Origin: Octopus vulgaris
Lineage: Eukaryota
Reading direction: 5' to 3'
Length of the DNA stretch: 64,000 bases
NCBI GenBank assembly: GCA_951406725.2
Contig: OX597820.1
Location: 60,326,001 to 60,390,000, forward strand
The translations under genes and the position numbers were made by a program. Under the pieces are notes generated by a model. It did no database searches. It was not told the origin of the DNA and saw only the letters and a program-made list of their open reading frames with translations. Of this stretch, positions 13,801 through 28,400 are shown in pieces (position 1 is the stretch's first letter; each line of letters begins with the position of its first letter).

Positions 13801-16800
13801 ACACATTGTGTTCCTGAGCAAAACACTTCATTTCATGTTGCTCCAGTCCACTCAGCTAGCAAAAATGAATAATCCTGTGATGGATCAGCGTCCTGTCTAG
13901 ATAGGGAAATTATGTGCCATGGAAACCAGGAAACCAGCCATTATGAGTCAATGTGACTTGAGAAGGTAGCCTCTACCATACCTTTTAGCACAATGAGTAC
14001 TACAGCTGAATGCTCTTTCTAACGCCAACCATTTTATTGTACATGCTGGGTGCTTTTCTTCATGCCACCAGAACTAGTGAGGGGAGTGTGAGTTTATGCT
14101 AGGAGATGAGTGGGTTAAAGTATGAGAGGTGCGGGGGTGAGAGGAGCAAGTTCTTGCAGTGAAGCTATGAAGAGATAAATGATGGTAATGAGGTATCCAG
14201 GAGGCCCCACAAGGTATGAGGTGAACAGAAGTGAGTGGAGACATAACAGCCAGGAGTGAAAATGGGTGGGTGGAGGTTTGCATGAGTATAAGGGGGAGAG
14301 AAAGAGAGGTAGGTAACAACTATATAGAATGGGTAGAGTTGAAGGGTGGATGTAAGGAGAGGTGGATAAAAGGAGGATGACAGAAGGATGCAGAAGAGTA
14401 AAGAGCAGGGGGTGGGGTGGAAGAGGAACAGGATAGTAATGATGATACAGTTAATTAACAGGGAAGGATGACAGGAATGATAGGTGGGTTGGGTAGACTG
14501 TAGGAATGGAGAAGGAGAGAAGCGGGTGTAAATGTGTGAAGAGAGGTAATATGGTAATTAGTGAGGTGGGTGAAGAGAAAAGTGTTAATGGATAAAGAAG
14601 TGTTAAGAAGTGAAATGGTTCCAGGTAACAACAAAAACAAAATGATATCAAGGGAGAGGTGCAGTGAAAAAAGACGACAGATGGAGCAGAGATAACAGGA
14701 TATGAGGAGGTTGGACGAAGCTTATCCAAACTGTCATTCAATACTGTGTGGCTGCTGTTAGAGCATGAACAGTTTAAGCATTTGTATGGTACATGATGCT
14801 TTTAAATCATGTTCTTTGTCATAGTCATGATGTAGTGTAGTGGTTACTTTTTTTCTTCATATGAATACAGTTTGTATTAGCTGAAAAGAAGGATGTTCAA
14901 AATAAGACACTATTCTTTTTGTTCACTTCTCCAAAACAAAACTAATACAGTTGGAAGCTTTTCAAATCCTGTCTTGCTCACACACTGCATTAAATTAATG
15001 ATGAAAACAAAGATAAATCTTTTGAGAATATGTTCTCAGCCAATCGAAACACTCAGAGAAGCCGGTTGTTAAAATCAAAATAGTTATTAACCACACAAAT
15101 TATTAACCACACTAAAAAAAAAAAAAGTATATCAAATTTCAGGGCTCTGCTGTGTGGTAGGAAGCTTACTTCCCAACCACATGGTTTTAGGTTCAGTCCC
15201 TGATATTTTGGGCATCTTCTACTATGGCCCTAGGCTGAACAGAGCCTTGTGAATGGATTTAGTAGATGGAAACTGAAAGAAGCTTTAAGGCGGCGAGCTC
15301 GCTGAAACGTTAGCATGCCAGTCAAAATGCTTAGCAGTATTTCGTCTGCCATTACGTTCTGAGTTCAAATTCTGCCGAGGTCGACTTTGCCTTTCATCCT
15401 TTTGGGGTCGATAAATTAAGTATCAGTTACACACTGGGATCGATATAATTGACTTAATCCCTTTGTCTGTCCTTGTTTGTTACCTCTATGTTTAGCCCCT
15501 TGTGGGTAATAAAGAAATAGGAAACTGAAAGAAGCTCATGATATGTGTGTGTATGTATATACATGTGTGTGTGTATGCATGCAGGTGTGTGTGTGTGTGC
15601 ATGCGCATGTGTTTGTGTTTGTCCACCCACCACTGCTTGATAACTGGTATTTGTTTGTTTACATCCCTGTAACTTAGTTGTTTGGCAAAAAGAGACTGGT
15701 AGAATAAGGATTAGGCTTAAAAATAAGTACAAAAGTTGATTTGTTCAGTTAAACCCTTCAAGACTATACCCCAGCACAACTACAGTCCAATGACTGATAC
15801 AAATAAAATATTTAAAAAAAATATAAGAGCTACTTAGAAATTTGCCAATGAAATGAAAAATACTCAAATGAAATTATCTTTACCTCGTTGTTCCTTGGAA
15901 AATGTTTGGTGAAAGTAAGGACTGGAAATTACAGTCCTTCTTATCTGAACTAAAATCATGGAACTCTAAAATAAACAAGTGTAGAAAATGAATAAAAATA
16001 ATCTGAAAATTAGTAACAGATCAAAATGTCTGAAAGAAAAGTAGATAGTTATGGATAAAATCTAAGAGAAAGAGGCTGTTTGTAAAATACTATATACTGT
16101 ACAAACCAGAATAATTGAATATAAAAACATGAAAAAAAAGTATTTTAATTGTTTGACACCAATTAGCCTGAAGCCAGTCTTGGTTATATGATACAAAGTC
16201 TCTGTTTTAAAGGAATCTTAATCAAAACCTTCCATCAGAAATTCATATTAAGGTGGCGAGCTGGCAGAAACATTAGCACACCGGGTGAAATGCTTAGCGT
16301 ATTTTATCTGTGGTTACATTCTGAGTTCAAATTTCACCGAGGTCAACTTTGCCTTTTTATCCTTTCAGGGGTCGATAACTTAAGTACCAGTTACGCACTG
16401 GGGGTCGATGTAATCGACTTAATCCCTTTGTCTGTCCTTGTTTGTCCCCTCTATGTTTAGCCCCTTGTGGGCAATAAAGAAATGAAGGCAGGGAGCTGGC
16501 AGTATCGTTAGCATGCCGGGCGAAATGCTTAGCAGTATTTCATCTGCCGCTACATTCTGAGTTCAAATTCCGCCGAGGTTGACTTTGCCTTTCATCCTTT
16601 CAGGATCGATTAAATAAGTACCAGCTACGCACTGGGGGTCGATATAATCGACTTAATTCGTTTGTCAGTCCTTGTTTGTCCCCTCTTTGTGTAGCCCCTT
16701 GTGGGCAGTAAAGAAATAAGAAATTCATATTGATTTATATTTCAAACACCAGTCCAATAACGACAAAGTTATTTTAATAAATTCTTTATTATTTTCAAAT

Positions 16801-19800
16801 TTAAATGAAACAAAGACTGAGTTTTAAGAGAAATATAGTAACGAAAGGATGAAGAACCACATTTTGAAACTTCAGTATATCAAATTATATTATATGTTCC
16901 AAATACACATAATATTGCTGTAGAATAAAAAACGGAGGATACACCCTAAATTCTTGGTAGCATGTTGTAGGTATCAGCTTACTTCAGTTCTGAATTTTAT
17001 CAATTTCTATCATGCATTAATCAACTTCATTATACTGAAATTCTATAAATATTTATGATGTCTTTGGAGAATTACATTTAAAATGTTTAGAGTAAGTCAG
17101 TGATAAGAAACATAGCTACTGCATTCTCTGGTTGCTAAGCTTCAGAAAAATTTCAGTCACTGTTGGGCTTAAAGGATAGTTTAATAAGCAAAAGAATGTC
17201 CAAATTACTGTTACTTAATTTTTGTAGGCTGCTTCATATTAAGTATCTTAATTCTGTGAACAGTAAGAAACAGTAGCTACTTGAAATTAGAATAGTTTCT
17301 CAACAGCTTGAAGATTTTCTCTTAAATCAAGTATTTCTTGTATATATAATCATTACCAAGAATTGGGTTCTCTTTAGGGTTAGTGAAATATCTCTCTCTT
17401 TTTACTCTTTTACTTGTTTCAGTCATTTGAGTGCGGCCATGCTGGAGCACCGCCTTTAGTCGAGCAAATCGACTCCAGGACTTATTCTTTGTAAGCCTAG
17501 TACTTATTCTATCGGTCTCTTTCGTCAAACCACTAAATTACGGGGATGTAAACACACCAAAATCGGTTGTCAAGTGATGTTGGGGGTGGGGACAAACACA
17601 GACACATAAACATATACACATACACATACATACATACATATATATATACACAACGGGCTTCTTTCAGTTTCCATCTACCAAATACACTCACAAGGCTTTG
17701 GTCAACCCGAGGCTACAGTAGAAGATACTTGCCCAAGGTGCTCCGCAGTGGGACTGAACCTGGAACCATGTGGTTGGTAAGCAAGCTACTTACCACACAG
17801 CCACTCCTGCACCTGTTTACATTTTGTGCAAATGTCTCACTGCCACACATCATTTTGTTTTTGCGTAATAGAGTTTGCTTAATGTACTCAACATAAAAAA
17901 AAGAAAAAAGAAAGAAAGAAAAACCCATCATCATTTAGCATCCATTTTTCACGCTTGCATGGGTCAGATGGAACTGGTTGAGATAGATTTTCTACAGTCT
18001 GATGCTCTTCCTTTTGTCAAACCTCATGTTTCCAAACAAAGAAATGTTGTCCCATATCTAGACATGTTTTTTTTTTTTTTTACAGAAGACTGGAAATGAA
18101 CAACCTTGTTTGTATGATGATGAAGATGATGACGATGATGTTCATTTACAACCATCATGTGATGTCTAGACAAAGGTACACACACACACTGTGAGCTGTT
18201 TTCAGTTTCAATCAATAAAACTTATTTACAAGGCACTGACTGGCCTAGGGGACATAGTAGAAAATACTTGCTCAAGGTGCTGTGGGACTGAACCCAGACC
18301 CCATGATTGGGAAACACAGCCATCCATATTAGTTCCAATATTTTTTAAAAAATTTTTTTATTTCATAATTCTTATTTTTATTAGGAAATGGAGCAGTGCT
18401 TATGACCTTTATAGACATTCTTAAAAGGGAAAAGTTATGGTCAATGTTAGCTTAGAACCTCAAAATGCTTGCTTGATCTACAAGGAATAGCAGCCAAATA
18501 TTTTACAAATCACACTCTGATGTTTCATGTAAGGACAGAACATCAGACAATGTAATCCTACGTGCTGTTAAAAGCTGAGATAAACATAGCTGAAATGAGT
18601 TTTATCAATGATCTGTTCAATTAGAATTGATTTGGGGTTAAATAACATAAGAGACAACAATATGAACAAGGAAGGAATAAGATGTTTGGCGTGGGTTTTG
18701 AGTTGTATGATAAAGAAGATAAAAGAAAAGTCCAGTGTATCAGGTGGGCTTGTGAGAGATGGTGCACAGACCGATATTTCAGTGAAGCAGAAGCTGTAGT
18801 AATGAGAGTAAAGAGAGGAAATAGCTTATCTGTGGGATAGAGGATTGTATAATGGAGCTGATTAGTCAAATGAATTTTTCTTCAGATGCCGTCTGCAACG
18901 CCTGTGTATGTAGCACCTTCAGTCCCAGATAGATCAGTAGAACTCAACCGTATGTTGCACAAAAGCAATGTAATGAGTAATCAACTGATTATGGCTCAAG
19001 TACGTCATGATACTCAAGAGGAAGCTCAGACATCATCAGATGTTGTGGAGGCTAGCCTTTGTAGTTGATTTTTAAGGGTTTTAGCTTTATATAACACATA
19101 GTCAACCTGTAAAACTGTTTCCTTGATATGTGTAGCGATGTGTCTTTTCAAAATTTTGCCATAAAGGCATAACACAGAGGGAGTAGCTTGCGGGCTGGAC
19201 AAGAACATCGATGAGATGAGTGATGAAAAAGGATGATATTCATGGGAGAAGACAAAAGACACCCGGCGATCTTTTGCTTCTCTAAAACATTATTCTGTTT
19301 TTTTTTTAACACAGTAAAAAGAATACAAGGTATTAAACCTCTTACTTTAGTTCCATAGTTCATTATAAATTGAGGCACTGAGCCTCTTACAAACAATAAA
19401 CTCAAAACAAAACAAGAAACTGAGGCATTAAACCTTTTACTTTAATGGTGATACACAATACGAGTCACTAAGCCTCTTAATAAATGTGCCTTGCTAATAA
19501 TGAACAAGGTTACGTCTGGGTTAAGTTCCCTTTGGAAGATGTTTTTCACATCTCAATTCACTCAAGACACTGCATACAGCATGAGAAGCAGTATTTTACT
19601 TACTAAGCTGGCAGAATTGTTACCACACCAGGCAAAATGCTTAGTGCCATTTCACCTGTCTTAATGTTCTGAGTTCAAATTCCACTGAGGTTGACTTTGC
19701 TTTTCATTCTTTTGGGGTCGTTAAAATAAGTACCAGTTGAATACTGGGATCGATGTAAATGACTTACTACCTTCCCCAAAATGCTGGCCTTGTGTCAAAA

Positions 19801-22800
19801 TTTGAAATTAATATTTTACTTGCTAATGTACTTTCAGAGCCATGAGTGTACATCAGTTGGTTACATATCCCCCATATGGCTATAATGCATTGCTTCGAAA
19901 AATTAGCGTGCAAATTGTTTATTGATAAATTATTTGTATTTATGTAAGTTGTTGTTGTTGTCGTCATGTCATCATAATTTGTCAGGATGGGTTGAATAGG
20001 TTGTCACAATTTGATTTAGTTACATTCAGAGATACTGTCCTCCTAGATGGGTCAATAGATATCTTGGTCATACTTTCTCTTTTTAGTATGGTCTCTACAA
20101 CTGGATGTCCTTCTTAATATCAATCACTTTACAAAACTGTGTACAGCTACAAATGCTAGAGATGTTGGCTTATTCCCTATGAGATGAACAAGTCTCTTTA
20201 TTTATGTTTAATTTTTTTCATGGTGAACGTAGCTGGAGATATAAATCCAAGGGAAATGACGACTGATGGCATGAAAATGGAGAAAGTATGAATATGAGTG
20301 TTACAGGGGAAACAGAGTGAAAGGATAATAGGGAGGGGAATTATGGATTAGAGGTACTGTTAGTTACACACTGGTAGTGGCAGGGGGCTGAGTAGAAAAG
20401 ACACAGCATGAGCAGTATGTTAGGATAGCAATAAAGATGTATCATGTCATTGAGAGCGTGATGGCTAGTAACAGAAATGGTTGACAGGAGGAGTGGTAGA
20501 TGACAGATAAGAGTCACATAGGAAAGAGAATGATAGTTGTATAAAGGGTGATAGAATATAAATAGATCTGAGGTCAGCATTCACTATTGCTCATTACACA
20601 GGGTTTGTAATGCAAAGGAGAAAGAAAAAGTAGAAGAATGGGAGTGACAGTGAGATAAAAGGTAGGGTGATAATGAGTAACAGTACAAGGATTTGTGAAG
20701 AGCACAGAGAATGGTAGGTCAGAAGGTAGTAAGTAGAACAAGAGATGAAGACATAGGACTACACTGGACAAGAGACCCAGTAATACAATATATCCCAACC
20801 TCTATCAACATATTTTAGCTGTTTTGCCATGCTTGCACTTGAGAACAAGTCTTTTCCAGCACAGTGTGTCACAATCATGGTTCTCTGTCATCTTTTTAAG
20901 GTTCAGCTTCTTGAGATCATACATAACTACTTTGTTCCATGTCTCCTCCCACAGGTTCCATTCATTTCAAGTATTCAACAGACATCCTCCATATGCATCA
21001 CATGAGCATATCAGCAGTCTTCTCTCTTGCACACAACATCTCATACTTCTTATATCCAGTTTTACTCTCAGCTCACTTGTGCTTCATAATTCCTGCATAC
21101 TAACATCTTTACAATATGTGGACCATGTTTGCTCCAGTTTTCTTCCAGCCGTACAGGTCTGTATTTAAAACCTAACATCCTGTTGCTATCATGCACTTTG
21201 GACACAAGCATCATACCAGCAACCCTTCATTGCCAACTTTCATTGTGTTGACAGCATTTCTGTACTGGCTTATATGACCCTCATAAGCCATTTGTCTATC
21301 CCTAACTTCCTTAGTGATTACTAAAAGCATCTTATATATTTGATGATATAAGATGATCTTTTCTTCAAAAAATGTCTCAAAAAAATCACCCGGGGTACTA
21401 AATACGAAGTTGCTTTAAATATTACATGCTTTAATGCACTAAAAAAATTTTTTTCATGAATATGCACTTTTGACATTGAAGTGCAACAAATATATCCATG
21501 CATCTATAATGCCATCAAATAAGGTAATTAGTCCATAATTACTGAAAAACATTGCCACATTTTTGAATAAAGAATACTAAATGGCTGAACAAAGTATTTT
21601 CGGAGGTATTAATTTATCTGGCTGTCATTATATTCTTTTAACCTATGAATCTTACAGAAGCAATCTTGATTTTAAACACAATTGTATGCATTCACAACAA
21701 TTAAAAAATGTATTTATTTACGGATAGGATCTGTAACCACAGGAAGAATTCTCTGCCGGTCTTCAGTTTCATGTGAAACAGAGGGTTTCCAGATAGCAGA
21801 ATCTGAAAATGTTTGCATTACATTACTAACTTGTATAATTTGATAAATAAAACCAACAAAAATCACATAAATTTAAATAATTGTTCAAAACATAGATGTA
21901 AAATAATATATATAAAATGCATTAAAATTGGCCTCATGACAGCTATTTTTAATTAAATCTCTGTGACTAATTGTTATCAGTATGATAATAAATTTTCAGC
22001 ATATAAACTGCAATATTTGAGATAAGCCCGCTTCAGTGTACTTGTAGATAAGAGTATTTAAGCATGATTTTTTTCTTTTATTTCTTAATCAGAAGGCAAT
22101 GTCAGGTCATGATATTCTGCTAAGTTTCTGAGATAACAGGGAAAAAAGAAACATTGACTCATGGGTTATCCTCAGACTAGTCATCCTATACAAATATTTG
22201 CAACAAACTGGAATTCCTCAAACAAGGAACCTGAGAACAAAGTAATGGTGTTAAACTGGGTAACAGATTAAGTGGGCTAGCATACATCCATGGATAAAAC
22301 AGTTGATGATAATTGGACTGAAAAGTAGGGCAAATGAAAAGAATTGTGTGTGTGTGTGTATATGTGTGTGTTTGTGCATATATATAATATATATATACTC
22401 TCTCTTTTACTCTTTTACTTGTTTCAGTCATTTGACTACAGCCATGCTGGAGCACCACCTTTAGTCGAGCAGATCGACCCCAAGACTTATTCTTTGTAAG
22501 CCTAGTACTTATTCTATTGGTCTCTTTTGCCGAACCACTAAGTTACGGAGACGTAAACATAGACACACAAACATATACACACGCACACATACATACATAC
22601 GACAGGGCTTCTTTCAGTTTCTGTCTACCAAATCCACTCACAAGGCTTTGGTCAGCCTGAGGCTATAGTAGAAGACACTTGCCCAAGGTGCTCTGCAGTG
22701 GGAATGAACCTGGAACCATGTAGTTGGTAAGCAAGCTAACTTACCACACAGCTACTCCTGCACCTAAAATTACAGAATCTTTTTTACTCTAGGAACAAAG

Positions 22801-23687
22801 ACCGACAGGACGAAAGGAAATATCGACCTTGGCGGAATTTGAACTTAGAACATAAAGACATGAAATATTACTAAGCATTTCGCCCGGCCACATATAATAT
22901 AGGACCAGATATGATTGTGTGGTACAAAGTTTATTTCCCAACCACATGGTTTTGGATTCAGTTCCACTGTGTGACACTTTGGGCAAGTCTCTTCAACTAT
23001 ACTCAAATGATCAAAGGTTTGAGAGGATTTGGTGAATGAAAACTATTACGGGGGCGAGCTGGCAGAATATTTAGCACCCTGATTCAAATGCTCAGCAGTA
23101 GTTTGTCCATCATTACTAAGTCCAAAATCTGCCAAGGTTGACTTTGTGTTTCATCCCTTCAGAGTCAATAAATTAAGTACCAGTGAAACACTGGGGTCAA
23201 TGTAATTGACTAGTTCCCTCCCTCAAAATTTCAGTCCTTGTGCCTGTAGTAGAAAGGATTATCATCATTTATTATTACCTCCACCTTACAGAAGGTGGAG
23301 GTATTGTTTTCAGTCGTGTTTGTTTGTCCGTGGACAAGATATTTCAAGAATTGCTGGATGGATTTGGATGAAACTGTCAGGGATGTTTAGCCTCGTGACT
23401 GGCACAAACTGATTAGATTTTGGGATCGATCTAGTACTGGACAAGGATTCTGGATTATTTTTCCATTTTTTTTACTTAATTTTTGAGAGCGGTCGGGTTC
23501 ATTTTTAGTATTCTCGTTTGGGAGAGCAGTTGAGTTTATTTCAGATATTCTCATTTTAAAAATCATCTCTGGCTAAATGTTTGAGAAGACGGTGGTATTG
23601 CCTTGGTGGAGGTTTGCACTCTCTGAGTGGTCTTGTTGTTGTTGTTATTGTTGTTATTGTTATTGTTGTTATTGTTATTATTATTAA

Positions 23688-23723
<36 letters not shown>

Positions 23724-25216
23724 GCAGTGAGCTGGCAGAATCGTTAGCATGCTGGGCAAAATGCGTAGCAGTATTTCACCTGTCTCTATATTCTGAGTTC
23801 GACTTTGCCTTTCATCCTTTTGGGGGTCGATAAAATAAGTACGAGTTGAGCACCGAGGTCAATGTAATTGACTAACCCCCACCCCCAGATTTCAGACCTA
23901 GTGCCTATAGTAGAAAGGATTATTATTACTATTATTATTGATATGGAAACTGTAGCTGTGATACCAGTGCCGGTGGCACGTAAATGAACCATCCGAACGT
24001 GGCCATTGCTAGCGCTGCCCCAACTGGCCTCCGTGCCGGTAGCATGTAAAAAGCACCATCCGATTGTGGCCGTTGCCAGCCTCGTCTGGCACCTGTGCAG
24101 GTGGCACGTAAAAAGCACCCACTCACGGAGTGGTTGGCGTTAGGAAGGGCATCCGGCTGTAGAAACACTGCCAGATCAGACTGGGCCTGGCGCAGCCTTC
24201 TGGCTTCCCAGACCCCAGTTGAACCGTCCAACCCATGCTAGCATGGAAAGCGGACGTTAAACGATGATGATGATGATGATTATTATTATTTATAACAGTC
24301 TGATTTGGATCCATGCATGATGCTGAATCAAACTGTTTTAATAGAAATACATGTAACTCCCACTAAATGTATTGAAGCCTTTTACTTTCATTTGTCTATT
24401 CCCTCATGTATATGTATGTGTGTAAGAGAGAGAGAAAGAAAGAGAGTTAGCAAATGTGCATATGTTTGTGTCTCCTTATGCTGACATCACATGACAGTTT
24501 TAAGCAAATGTTGTCACTTACACTGTCATGCAAGTGGTGACCTTCATTTCCAATCTTCCAGGAAAACATATATGGTCATGGAAGAATCCCATGACTTCAG
24601 GAAACATTTTTTCACGCTGAGAGTTGCTGAAGCGTGGAACAAACTGCCGGCATCAGTTGTTAGTTGTCGGAGCACTGCATCCTTCAAAACTTCCATGCTT
24701 TCTGAGATTCGCCAACACTACACCTGATTTTCTACCCTCCATACACACACAAGCATGTATCTGACTCATACATTGTTCGCTTTCCAGACATTTTTACATT
24801 ACTGCATGTACTTTATATGCACTTTCTGACAAGTTGTGGTGCACCTGAGCACTGTATACAAAAATTTCATTATTACATTATTATTTTTAATATTAGCTGA
24901 CTTGGAAATAGGTGGCTGTTAGCAACAAGAAGGGCCATAGAAAATGTGCTTCAACAAATTCTGTCTGATCCATGAAAGCATGAGAAAGTGGATGTTGAAA
25001 ATAATGATATCTCTTTACTCTTTTACTTGTTTCAGTCATTTGAGTGCGGCCATACTGGAGTATTGCCTTTTAGTCGAGCAAATCGACCCCAGGACTTATT
25101 CTTTGTAAGCCTAGTACTTATTCTATCAGTCACTTTTGCCAAACCGCTAAGTAACTGGGATGTAAACATACCAGCATTGGTTGTCAAGCGTTGTTGGGGG
25201 GGGGGGACAAACACAA

Positions 25217-25257
<41 letters not shown>

Positions 25258-25412
25258 AGGCTTCTTTCAGTTTCCGTCTACCAAATCCACTCAAAAAGTT
25301 TTGGTCGGCCCGAGGCTATAGTAGAAGACACTTTCCCAAGGTGCCATGCAGTGGGACTGAATCCGAAACCGTGTGGCTGGTAAGCAAGCTACTTACCACA
25401 CGGCCACTCCTG

Positions 25413-25472
<60 letters not shown>

Positions 25473-28400
25473 TGGTTTAAGATACATGGCATATTTTGTA
25501 AACATACCTGTTCAAGTAACATAACAGCTTGAAACTATTAGTTGATCTTTCAGTTGCAGATTTAATTTGACATATCATCATCATTGTTTAACATCCGTTT
25601 TCCATGGTGACATGGGTTGGACGGTTTGACTGAGGTCTGGTAAAGCCAGTGGCTGCACCAATCTGATCTGGTGCATGTTTCTACAGCTTGATGCCTTCCT
25701 AATGCCAACCACTCTGAGAGTGTAGTGGGTGCTTTTTATGTGCCCCCAGTATGGGAGCCAATCAGGCAGCCCTAGCATTAATCACATTCTTTTTATGTGC
25801 CACTGGCATGGGATATAATAAGAGGGCATTGGCATTGACCACGTTTGGATGGTGCATTTTACATACCACTGGCATGGGAGCCAGTCAGGTGATCTTGGCA
25901 TCGACCGTGTTCGAATGGTGCTTTTTATGTGCCACCAGCATGGACACCAGTCAGGTGGCATTGGCCATAGCTACGATTTTGGTTTTACCTGACTCAACAG
26001 GTCTGCTCAAGCACATCATATTACCCAGTGCATCAAGGGTACTTTTAAAATGGGCTGGACATGCAACACTGGAATAGGCCATGGCTACGATCTCACTTTA
26101 GTTGCTAGGTCTTCTCAATCACAGCATATCTCCAAAGGTTTCGGTCTCCTGTCATTGCTTCCATGAGGCCCAACATTCGAACGTCATGCTTCTCCACCTC
26201 ATCCCATGTCTTCCTGGGTCTACCTCTACCATGAGTTCCATCCAATTTAAGTGACTGGTACTTCTTTATGTAGTTTTCTATATCCATTTGTTTCACATGA
26301 CCAAACCAGTGCAGTCTTCTCTCTTGCACACTGCATGTAGTTCTTCTTATGTGTAACTGTTCTCTCAATACACTAGTGCTATGTTGCACACATGTGTGTG
26401 CGTGTGTGTATGTGTAAACTTGCTGGGTCTTCTAGAGCTTACAGCCTTTGCAGTTTCTCTTTGACTAGTGAGACTGAAGCCATTGATGTTCCTTGCATGA
26501 AAACTAAAATCAAGGAGGAAATTCCAGAGGATTGCCAATCTGTGAAGCAAGGAACAATCATAGTGGTTACTACAGGGCCTGGAGATTTGGACACATCAAC
26601 ACTGATGAGAGAAAATGAGACAAGTAGAAGAAAGATGCCTGAATAGTGGTGGAATGAGCCCAAATGGATCCAAAGAGCAGAGGCCTTGCTAGCAAACTAG
26701 AAAATGCAGAGAGAAAAGAACAGTACATCTGTAGGTCAGAGGCTAGGTGAGCATCTGTAAGCGACTTTATGCCAATCAATATAGGTTGCCATTTTTGGAC
26801 ACAGTCTAGAATGGCTATGTGTGCAGCAACATCACCCTTAATGAGTGGACGACAGCTGAGCCTTGTAAATATCACTAACTGTACAGGGGTGAGCTATCTT
26901 CTGGCTCTGTCTCCATTATTTAGAGATATTAGAAGGGAATGCAATAGGGTTAGTTGGCAGGACCAAAACGGTTGCATTTCTTAAGAATAGTAATACATCT
27001 TTATATATAAAAGTGAAGTTGTGTGTCTGTCTCCTACGATTTAGATTCCTAACTACTCCCACATTTTGCGGTGCAGTGTATCTTATAGTCGTGATTCCTA
27101 TCAAGCCCTTCTGGGTATTAGCGCATGTCTATGATGAGTCTACGATTTAAAAAAAAATTTACCATAATTTTTTTCCCATTTTTAATGCCTTTTTTTTGCT
27201 ATCATATAAGGGAAGTAACTCTCTAAAACTGCTTATATAGTTATTTCCCTTACAAACCCGAGCAACGCCGGGCGATATTGCTAGTAAAATATAAACAAAA
27301 ATTTATCATTAAAGATGAGATCTAATAGTCTGTAAAACTAAAATCATGTTTTTGTTGTATAACATGAAGGTCATTTTTCCAATAATAAACAAACGCACTG
27401 GTTCTATTTATTGCTCAATTCATAACATTTGTTCAGTTAACTGATCGATTGTTTGATTAATCATTCAGTCAATCAATCAATCAATCAGCTGAGTTTGCCA
27501 AAATCCTTTTGTTGCCATTCATGATGTTATCAATGACATACTCTCTCTACAGCCGCTTGAAGACCAGTGCTGGCAGGATTACGTCCCTGTAACTTAGCAG
27601 TTCAACAAAAGAGAAAGACAGAATAAGTACCAGGCTTAAAAAATGAAAAGTGCTAAGGTTGCTTCATTCAAACGAAAATTCTTCAAGGCAGTGCCCCAGC
27701 ATGGCCTCAGTCTAATTACCAAACCAAGTAAAAGATAAATGCCAACCTCTCCGAGAGTGTAGTGGGTGCTTTTACATGCCACTGGCACAAGAGCCAGTCA
27801 GGCAGTGCTGACAACAGCCACACTCAAGTGGTGTTTTTTACGTGCCACTTGCACAGGAGCCAGTCCAGCGGCACTGGCAACGACTTCGCTCGAATATTGT
27901 CTTTCATGTGCCACTGGCACAAGTGTCAGTAAGGCAATGCTGGTAACGATCACGTTTGAATGGTGCTTTTTACGTGCCACCGGTACAGATGCCAGTCAGC
28001 TGCGCTGGCAGTGATTATGCTTGGATTGTGCTCTTAGCGCTCCACTGGCACTGGTGCCAGCCATCAAATTTGCGAATTTGATTTGATCTTGATTTCACTT
28101 GCCTCAACAGGTCTTTGCAAGCAGAGTTTAGTGTCTACTGAAGGAAAGGTACGCATAAGTGGGCTGGTTACACCCTTGGCATAGGCCTAGGGTTATACAT
28201 TATAGGATATGTATGGGAGGCTGGATCTGATTAGCTTGAACATTTGGAAGAATATTTGGGCTGGATATCGCCGGTTTAAAAGCTGAAGGGTTAAAACTTT
28301 ATAGCCTTTTATAATAATAATAATAATAATAATGAAATTATTGTATACAGTGCTCAGGTGCACCACAACTTGTCAGAAAGTGCATATAAAGTACATGCAG

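Noticed and set aside
26410-26985. Cluster of short ORFs that could be a BRCA2 exon or nested gene
   Set aside because: Stops in all frames, not needed for phase continuity; most likely an eroded LINE fragment.
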